Part shown: piece by piece, positions 41,226-48,050 of the stretch
How positions within the stretch are numbered: the stretch's first letter is position 1
Layout: the number at the start of each line of letters is the position of its first letter
Origin: Thermodesulfobacteriota bacterium
GTDB taxonomy: Bacteria; Desulfobacterota; Desulfobacteria; Desulfobacterales; SURF-7
NCBI GenBank assembly: GCA_049320885.1
Contig: JBMORA010000001.1
Coordinates: forward strand, 274,622-338,621
DNA: 64,000 bases
Direction of reading: 5' to 3'
Notes under the pieces: model-generated
Seen by the model: the letters and a program-made list of their open reading frames with translations, nothing else
Told to the model about the DNA's origin: nothing
Database searches by the model: none
Made by a program: the position numbers and the translations under genes

Positions 41226-43151
41226 ATGGACAGATATTATACCATCGGTGTGGCCGGCCATGTGGACCACGGCAAGACTTCCCTGATTCGCTGCCTGACG
41301 GGTATCGATACGGACCGCCGGACGGATGAAAAACTCCGCGGCATCTCCATCGATGCGGGGATCGCGCCGCTGGATATGCCCGACGGACACCGTATCGCCC
41401 TGGTGGATGTGCCCGGGCATACGGATTACCTGAAAAACACCGTGCGCGGACTCCATGCCGTCGACAGCGCGGTTCTGGTGGTGGCCGCCGATGACGGCAT
41501 CATGCCCCAGACAGTGGAGCATCTGGAAATTTTACGCTTTTTCAAGGTCAGCAAGGGGTTCGTAGTATTGAGCAAGACCGATCTCGTGGATCCGGAAACC
41601 AGGGAAATAGCCATGCTGGAAATCGAGGATGCCGTGAAGGGGACTTTTCTAGAGGGCTGCCCCATCGTCCCCTTCTCTGCTGTCCAAGGCGCAGGCAGGG
41701 AGGAAGTCCTGCAGCAGATCATCCAAACCACCGATGACGAAAAACGAACCGTGACGAAAGATTTTTTCCGGATGTGGATCGATCAAGTGCGGATCCGCAA
41801 GGGATTCGGAACCGTAGTCAGCGGGACAATCCTGTCCGGCAGCCTTCGCAAGGACGACGCGGTTCAACTGTTGCCGGCCGGAACCGTCGTCCGGGCGCGG
41901 ACCATCGAATCCCACGGCCGCAGCATCGAACAGGCCTGTCCGGGACAGCGCGTGGGCGTTAATCTGCACAAAATACCGGCAACCGATGTCGTCAGGGGAA
42001 TGGCCCTGTCGCAACCGGACGCCATCATTCCAAGCTATCTGCTGAATGCGGATCTCCGACTTCTCGGCAACACCGGGAAAAATCTGAAAAGCCGACAACG
42101 GGTGAAACTGCACATCGGCGCTTCCGTCACCAGCGCCATGATCGTTCTCATGGATGCGAAGGAACTGACGCCGGGCGGACAATGCCTGGCCCAGTTGCGC
42201 CTGCTGAAACCGGCGGCCGCAAGGTCACGCGATCCTTTTGTAGTCACCCCGCTGAACCGCAATACCGTCATCGGCGGCGGAACCGTTCTGGAACCGACAC
42301 AGGAGAAATACCGTAGCGCCAAATCGGCCGGAATCGTTCCGATGCTGTCGGCTCTCCGGAGCGGCAATCTTGCCGGATATTTGGATTTGTTTTTCGGCCA
42401 TCAGCAAACCCACGCTTTCTCCGCCCGGGAACTCACGGAAAAGACCGGATGGCCTCTCCCGCAACTCGAAGCGGAAATCAACGCCCGGGTGCGGAAAGGG
42501 GACCTGATTTATATCAAGGGGCTGGGCGCCCTTGCAAAAACGGAGTTCCGCCGACTCAAGGACGAAGTCCTTTTCTCCGTCGAAAGGCTTTTCCAGAGCA
42601 ACGCCGCCAAAAAAATCATCCATGAAAAGGAGATCGCCCATGATTTGTCCGCTCTTCTGGAAGAAAAACTGCTGCAAGGCATCATCGAGGAATGGTGTCA
42701 TGATGAAAAACTGACAAAAACCGGGGGCGGATTCCTCAACCCGTATTACAATGAGGCTCCGGCCACGGTTCTTTCCCCTCAGATGGAACAAACGATCCGG
42801 CTGCTCCTGGAGCATGCCCGGTCCAGCGGAATGTCGCCTTTCAGCGCCGACAGTTTCTGGAAGGCTCACGAAAAAAAACTGAACAAGCCGAGAGTCCAGC
42901 AGGCCATGGAATACCTGGCCGAGCGGAAACAGTTGATCCGCCTGCGGGACAACCGTTTTCTCGATCCGGAATCCCTGGAAATCATCAAGGAACGGGTCAG
43001 AAGCGCCATCCAGGCCAAAGGCTTCATCACCTTATCAGACAGCAGGGAAATATTAGGATACGGCCGCTGGGGCGGGGCGCCGGTATTGGACCATCTGGAT
43101 AAAATCGGCTTCACCGTCCGGATCGGGGACAAACGCCTGATCCGGCAATGA
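41226..43151 (+). CDS. selB: SelB-family elongation factor, divergent paralog (SelB*)
   Basis: GHVDHGKT, DVPGH, VAADDGIMPQT, KGFGTVVSG motifs and C-terminal winged-helix region; 641 aa; starts 25 nt after the UCA tRNA. Confidence 0.92.
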   Translation: MDRYYTIGVAGHVDHGKTSLIRCLTGIDTDRRTDEKLRGISIDAGIAPLDMPDGHRIALVDVPGHTDYLKNTVRGLHAVDSAVLVVAADDGIMPQTVEHLEILRFFKVSKGFVVLSKTDLVDPETREIAMLEIEDAVKGTFLEGCPIVPFSAVQGAGREEVLQQIIQTTDDEKRTVTKDFFRMWIDQVRIRKGFGTVVSGTILSGSLRKDDAVQLLPAGTVVRARTIESHGRSIEQACPGQRVGVNLHKIPATDVVRGMALSQPDAIIPSYLLNADLRLLGNTGKNLKSRQRVKLHIGASVTSAMIVLMDAKELTPGGQCLAQLRLLKPAAARSRDPFVVTPLNRNTVIGGGTVLEPTQEKYRSAKSAGIVPMLSALRSGNLAGYLDLFFGHQQTHAFSARELTEKTGWPLPQLEAEINARVRKGDLIYIKGLGALAKTEFRRLKDEVLFSVERLFQSNAAKKIIHEKEIAHDLSALLEEKLLQGIIEEWCHDEKLTKTGGGFLNPYYNEAPATVLSPQMEQTIRLLLEHARSSGMSPFSADSFWKAHEKKLNKPRVQQAMEYLAERKQLIRLRDNRFLDPESLEIIKERVRSAIQAKGFITLSDSREILGYGRWGGAPVLDHLDKIGFTVRIGDKRLIRQ

Positions 43152-43202
43152 CGATAAACCGGCTCCGTTTTTCGATGGAGCCAATACGGAAAGGGAGACG
43201 AC

Positions 43203-44480
43203 ATGAGCGAAGAGTATACAAGCATGTGGCAATCGTTGGGACTCGACCTGGCTGCCCATGACGCCTTGCTGAATGTCCTGGGGCAGGCCTACCAGGACAT
43301 TTACCTGGCCCAGAAGAACCGGCCCGATGGAATGAAGTACTTCGACTTCGTGATGAGCGAAGTCCATGGCCTGCGCATCAAGGAACTGCTGGAGGAGAAA
43401 GCGGCTGGCAGAAAAATCGTCGGCAGTTATTGCGTCTTCGTTCCGGAGGAAATCGTGCTGGCGGCCAACGCCACCCTGGTGGGCCTGTGCGCCGGAGCCG
43501 ATTTCGCCCTGGAGGAGGCGGAAAAACTGCTGCCGCGCAATACCTGTTCCCTGATCAAATCCACCTTCGGCTTCAAACTGGGCAAGGTCTGCCCCTATCT
43601 GGAATCCGCCGACATGGTGGTGGGGGAGAACACCTGCGACGGCAAAAAGAAAGCCTACGAAATTTTGGACACCCTCATTTCCAACTTGTATGTCATGGAT
43701 CTGCCCCAGGTGAAATCCGTCGCCGGACGCGAACTCCTGAAAACCGAATACTACCGATTCAAGGCAGCCCTGGAAAAACTGACGGGCGTTACCGTGGATA
43801 AGCAGGCCCTGGAAAAAGGTATCAAAACCGTCAACGAAAAACGCAAGGCTGTTCACCGCCTGAACCGGCTGCGCGCCGCCGACCCGGCCCCCATATCCGG
43901 CCTGGACGCCCTGTTGGTCAATCAGGTGTTTTTCTATGACAACCCGGCCCGCTTCACTTCCTCCGTGAACATGATCTGTGACGAACTGGAGGGCCGCATC
44001 CGGGAGAAGTCCGGCATTTCCTCCGGAAAGCGTCCCAGAATCCTGGTATCCGGCTGTCCCATGGCCGTGCCCAACTGGAAACTTCCCTGGATTGTGGAAA
44101 CCTCCGGCGCGGTCATCGTGGGTGAGGAATCCTGCGTGGGCGAACGCGGCAGCAGAAACCTGGTGAACGGGGACGGCACTACCCTGGATGATCTGATGGA
44201 AGCCGTCATCGACCGGTACTTCGCCATCGACTGCGCCGTGTTCACGCCCAATCAAAGCCGGCTCGATCATATCGTTGAAATGGCCGCCGCCTACAAGGCG
44301 GACGGCGTCATTCACTATGGCCTGCAATTTTGCCAACCCTATTTGATGGAGTCCCTGCCCGTTGAAAAAGCCTTGAAGGATAAAGGGATTCCGGTCCTGC
44401 GGGTGGAAACCGACTACGGCCCGGAAGACGCCGGTCAGCTCAAGACCCGGGTGGAGGCCTTCCTGGAGATGCTCAAATAA
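43203..44480 (+). CDS. 2-hydroxyacyl-CoA dehydratase D-component family protein, double-cubane cluster protein-like reductase
   Basis: GSYCVFVPEE, GLCAG, LPRNTC, ENTCDGKKK, SGCP, EESCVG, IDCAVF, QFCQPY, ETDY, TRVEAF. Confidence 0.85.
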   Translation: MSEEYTSMWQSLGLDLAAHDALLNVLGQAYQDIYLAQKNRPDGMKYFDFVMSEVHGLRIKELLEEKAAGRKIVGSYCVFVPEEIVLAANATLVGLCAGADFALEEAEKLLPRNTCSLIKSTFGFKLGKVCPYLESADMVVGENTCDGKKKAYEILDTLISNLYVMDLPQVKSVAGRELLKTEYYRFKAALEKLTGVTVDKQALEKGIKTVNEKRKAVHRLNRLRAADPAPISGLDALLVNQVFFYDNPARFTSSVNMICDELEGRIREKSGISSGKRPRILVSGCPMAVPNWKLPWIVETSGAVIVGEESCVGERGSRNLVNGDGTTLDDLMEAVIDRYFAIDCAVFTPNQSRLDHIVEMAAAYKADGVIHYGLQFCQPYLMESLPVEKALKDKGIPVLRVETDYGPEDAGQLKTRVEAFLEMLK

Positions 44481-44492
44481 TTCGGGAACCAA

Positions 44493-44524
44493 AACTCCGG
44501 TTGTCTCGGGCGACAACCGGAGTT
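44493..44524. terminator. Perfect 13-bp hairpin between convergent genes
   Basis: AACTCCGGTTGTC-TCGGGC-GACAACCGGAGTT. Confidence 0.75.
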
Positions 44525-45664
44525 CTACCCACGCAGTTCTTTCACCGCCCGGACGACCACCTCCGCTGCCCGGTCGATCTCGCCTACGGTGGTCATCCTC
44601 CCGGTGGTGAACCGCAGCGTCCCCTTGGCCCACGCCTCGGGGAGCTTCATGGCCGTCAGCACATGGGAGATTTCCACATGGTCCGAATGGCAGGCGGCCC
44701 CGGCGGATGCGGCGACCTCAAGACCGATCCGCTCCAGAATGCGGCTGGCCTCCAGCTGGAAGAAAGAAATGCTGGCGGTGTTGGGCAACCGCAGTTCCGG
44801 ATGGCCGTTGAACCGGATATCCGTGAGTTCCGTTCCTAGAATGCCCTCCAAACGATTCCGCATGGCTTGCATGTGGCCCGCGCCGCTTTCCATAGTGGCG
44901 GCGGCGAGTTCACAGGCCTTGCCGAGGCCCACGATGCCCATCACGTTTTCGGTCCCTGCCCGGCTTCCTCTTTCCTGTCCCGCTCCGTGACAGAAAACCT
45001 TCGGCTCCACCCCGTTACGGATATACAGGCCGCCGACTCCTTTGGGCGCATACAGTTTATGACCCGCGAAGGATAGCAGATCCACCCCCAACGCGTCTGC
45101 TTCCACCCGGATCTTTCCAAGGGATTGAGCCGCATCCGTATGCATCAGAACCCCGGCTTTGCGGGCCAGGGCGGCAATTTCCGCAACCGGCTGGATGGTT
45201 CCCACTTCGTTGTTGGCATGCATGATGGAAATCAGGATGGTGTCCGGAGTAATTGCCGCGGCCACATCGGATGGGGCTACCATTCCGGTTTCATCCACCG
45301 GCAGATAAGTGACCGAGAATCCAAGGCCTTCCATATACCTACAGGTTTCAAGCACCGCCGGATGCTCCACCAGACTGGTTATCAAATGCTTGCCGCGGGC
45401 GAAACGGTTGCCGGCGATGCTCTTGATGGCCTGATTAATGGATTCGGTGCCGCCGCTGGTGAAAATAATTTCTTCCGCGGTGCAATCGATCAAACCGGCC
45501 ACCTGCCGCCGGGCCGCCTCCACAGCCTGTTTGGGACGGATTCCATACCAATGGGAACTGGACGGGTTGCCGAATTCCGTTTCCAGATAAGGCCTCATGG
45601 CGGCGATGACTTCCGGCGCATGCGGCGTGGTCCCGTTGTAATCCAGATAAATGGGTTTGGTCAT
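44525..45664 (-). CDS. Group I cysteine desulfurase / selenocysteine lyase-like PLP enzyme
   Basis: YLDYNGTTP, FTSGGTES, HTDAAQ, AGHKLYAPKG and SAGAACHS motifs. Confidence 0.9.
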   Translation of the reverse strand: MTKPIYLDYNGTTPHAPEVIAAMRPYLETEFGNPSSSHWYGIRPKQAVEAARRQVAGLIDCTAEEIIFTSGGTESINQAIKSIAGNRFARGKHLITSLVEHPAVLETCRYMEGLGFSVTYLPVDETGMVAPSDVAAAITPDTILISIMHANNEVGTIQPVAEIAALARKAGVLMHTDAAQSLGKIRVEADALGVDLLSFAGHKLYAPKGVGGLYIRNGVEPKVFCHGAGQERGSRAGTENVMGIVGLGKACELAAATMESGAGHMQAMRNRLEGILGTELTDIRFNGHPELRLPNTASISFFQLEASRILERIGLEVAASAGAACHSDHVEISHVLTAMKLPEAWAKGTLRFTTGRMTTVGEIDRAAEVVVRAVKELRG

Positions 45665-45956
45665 GGGTTACCCTTTTCCAGCATGAAAACGCGGTCTACA
45701 AACTTGTAAATGTCCTCCACTTCTGCTTGCAGCGCCTCATCCGTCTTTCGTCAGGGAGATATCATAAAACATCGGCATTGTCTAATATCTCCAGAATGGT
45801 GGATGCCTATAGAATTCATGAATGAAGGTGCGATTTATAATTCATATTATCTATTTGTATATCCTTTCATTCCATGGTTTTATCTATTTTTCAGCCAAAT
45901 CGTCAAGCCGGCCGGGAGTTAGGAACGGATATCAACAATCAAGAAAAGGATTCGTC

Positions 45957-47969
45957 ATGAACAATTGCAGGGCAGAAGTTTTCAGGTTGTTTTTTCTAGT
46001 AGTAATCGCTGTATCGCTGATCACGGGATGCGGCAGTTCTTCGGACTCGACGGACGGTGGTAGTCCGGCGCCGGGGAACGACACGGGCAAGCCCACGGCA
46101 GCCCAGACCGGCGACCTGTCATTGTTTCCCAATGCCGATCTGCTGGCCTCGGCCACGGATCTGGTCACCGACGAAGGCGTGATGAAAAACATGGCTGAGT
46201 GGGTCATTGTCGATACTAGGTCCGCCGCCGACTATGCCGCGGGGCATATCCCGGGCGCCATCAACCTTCAATGGGATTCCTTTGCCGTCCGGGACGGCTC
46301 CACGCCCAAAGGCAGCCTGCTGCCCGTGGACAGCCTCGCGGCGGTCCTGGGAGCCGCGGGACTGACAGAGGACACCGCCGTGATTTTTTATGACGACACC
46401 CTGGCTTCCCGGGGTTCGGCCGGACGTTTATTCTGGATGCTGGAGTATCTCGGCAACACCCGTTGCAGAATCCTCAACGGCGGCTGGGACAAATGGGCCG
46501 CCGATGACCTCCCGACGGAAACCACCGTCAACACCCTTCCCGCCGCCGTATTCGTACCGGACGTCGATGCCTCCGTTCGGGCCGATAAAACCGGAATCGC
46601 CGCCAGACTCAATCATGACGATTTTGTCCTGGTGGACACCCGCACCGATGAGGAATTCACGGGCTGGCGCCTGTATGACGAAGCCCGCGAAGGGCATGTG
46701 AAAGGAGCGGTCCACCTGCCCTTCGCCTGGTGCTTCAACGCGGACAAATCGGTCCTGAGCCATGCGGCTCTGAAAACCCTGCTGGAATCGCGGGGTATCA
46801 CGGGCGACAAGGAAATCGCGGCCTATAGCACGGACGGTGTCCGCAGCGGGTTCCTGTATTTCCTGGGACGTCTGATGGGGTATGACGTCATCGCCAATTA
46901 CGACGCTTCCATCCGGGAATGGGCCGAAGGCGATGACACAACATACCCCATGGAAAAAATGGCAGGATATTCCGAGCTGGTCTATCCGGCGTGGGTCAAG
47001 GCCCTGATCGATTATCACGCCCCGGGCAGCGCCACCGAAGCACCGCCGGGATATCTCCATGATCGTGGTCATCGCCATATCATCTTCGAAACCCAGTGGG
47101 GCAGCTTCGAGGACATGGCCAACGGGTGGGCGGACGACGCTTATCTGAAAGGGCATATTCCCGGCGCCGTGCATTCCAATTCGGACACTTACGAAAACGG
47201 ATTCCCCCGCTGGTTTTTGCTGCCGGAAGACCAGTTGAAGCAGGCGCTGGGCAGCATGGGCGTCACCGCCGACGCCACGGTGGTGGTGTACAGCAACAAC
47301 CCCATTTTTGCCGCCCGCCTGTGGTGGATCTTGAAATACGCGGGGGTGCAGGACGTCCGATTGCTCAACGGCGGCTATGACGCCTGGGTTGCAGCCGGCT
47401 ACGAATCCGAAACCACCGTGAACGACTCCGCGGCGGTCACCTATGACGGTTCGGTTGTACCAGGTCTGATCGCCGCAACGGATTATGTTGCGGCCAATTA
47501 TAATACCGGCGGCGCCGTCCTGGCCGATGTGCGCACCTGGGCGGAATACATCGGTGAGACCAGCGGCTACAGCTATGTCGTCAACAAGGGCCGCATTCCG
47601 GGCGCTGTCTGGGCCTATAATGCGGACAATCCGGATCGGGAATACCTGGATGATGACGGCACCCTTCGCAGCTTCACCGAGGTAAGAGGCATGTGGGCAG
47701 GTCTGGGGATTACCGCCGCGGAGGGAAGTTCAACCTTTGACCGGGAGGTCATTTTCTACTGTGGGAGCGGTTACCGCTCCAGCCTGAGCTTTCTCCATGC
47801 CCATCTGATGGGATATCAAAATGTGCGGAACTATTCGGACGGCTGGGAGGGTTGGAGCACCACCTATACCGAATCCCCCGATTATGTCGCCGATCCGGCG
47901 GTTCCCGGCAGCACGGACGGCTGGCTCCAAGACCCCTCCGGAAGACCGGTTGCCAGCGGCGCTCCCTGA
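45957..47969 (+). CDS. Four-domain rhodanese/sulfurtransferase lipoprotein
   Basis: Lipobox LITGC; GHIPGA/GHVKGA/GRIPGA repeats, LNGG motifs, active-site loops YSTDGVRS and YCGSGYRS, YSDGW. Confidence 0.88.
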   Translation: MNNCRAEVFRLFFLVVIAVSLITGCGSSSDSTDGGSPAPGNDTGKPTAAQTGDLSLFPNADLLASATDLVTDEGVMKNMAEWVIVDTRSAADYAAGHIPGAINLQWDSFAVRDGSTPKGSLLPVDSLAAVLGAAGLTEDTAVIFYDDTLASRGSAGRLFWMLEYLGNTRCRILNGGWDKWAADDLPTETTVNTLPAAVFVPDVDASVRADKTGIAARLNHDDFVLVDTRTDEEFTGWRLYDEAREGHVKGAVHLPFAWCFNADKSVLSHAALKTLLESRGITGDKEIAAYSTDGVRSGFLYFLGRLMGYDVIANYDASIREWAEGDDTTYPMEKMAGYSELVYPAWVKALIDYHAPGSATEAPPGYLHDRGHRHIIFETQWGSFEDMANGWADDAYLKGHIPGAVHSNSDTYENGFPRWFLLPEDQLKQALGSMGVTADATVVVYSNNPIFAARLWWILKYAGVQDVRLLNGGYDAWVAAGYESETTVNDSAAVTYDGSVVPGLIAATDYVAANYNTGGAVLADVRTWAEYIGETSGYSYVVNKGRIPGAVWAYNADNPDREYLDDDGTLRSFTEVRGMWAGLGITAAEGSSTFDREVIFYCGSGYRSSLSFLHAHLMGYQNVRNYSDGWEGWSTTYTESPDYVADPAVPGSTDGWLQDPSGRPVASGAP

Positions 47970-48012
47970 ACCGGGTTACTCATCCGGGGATATGGGAAAA
48001 CGATTGTGGGGA

Positions 48013-48048
48013 AAAAGGCCGCCCCGGTGGGAACCGGGGCGGCCTTTT
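48013..48048. terminator. Bidirectional intrinsic terminator
   Basis: AAAAGGCCGCCCCGGT-GGGA-ACCGGGGCGGCCTTTT. Confidence 0.9.
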
Positions 48049-48050
48049 GA

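Noticed and set aside
40593..41522. Listed ORFs 40593-40820(+), 40810-41097(-) and 40902-41522(-) as proteins
   Set aside because: No recognisable motifs; they run antisense to the leaders, the tRNA or selB*.
41109..43151. Canonical selC-selB of the standard Sec pathway
   Set aside because: The tRNA has U73, A1:U72 and a 4-bp T stem rather than G73 and 8/5; SelB pocket residues are altered; no selA or selD is in the window.
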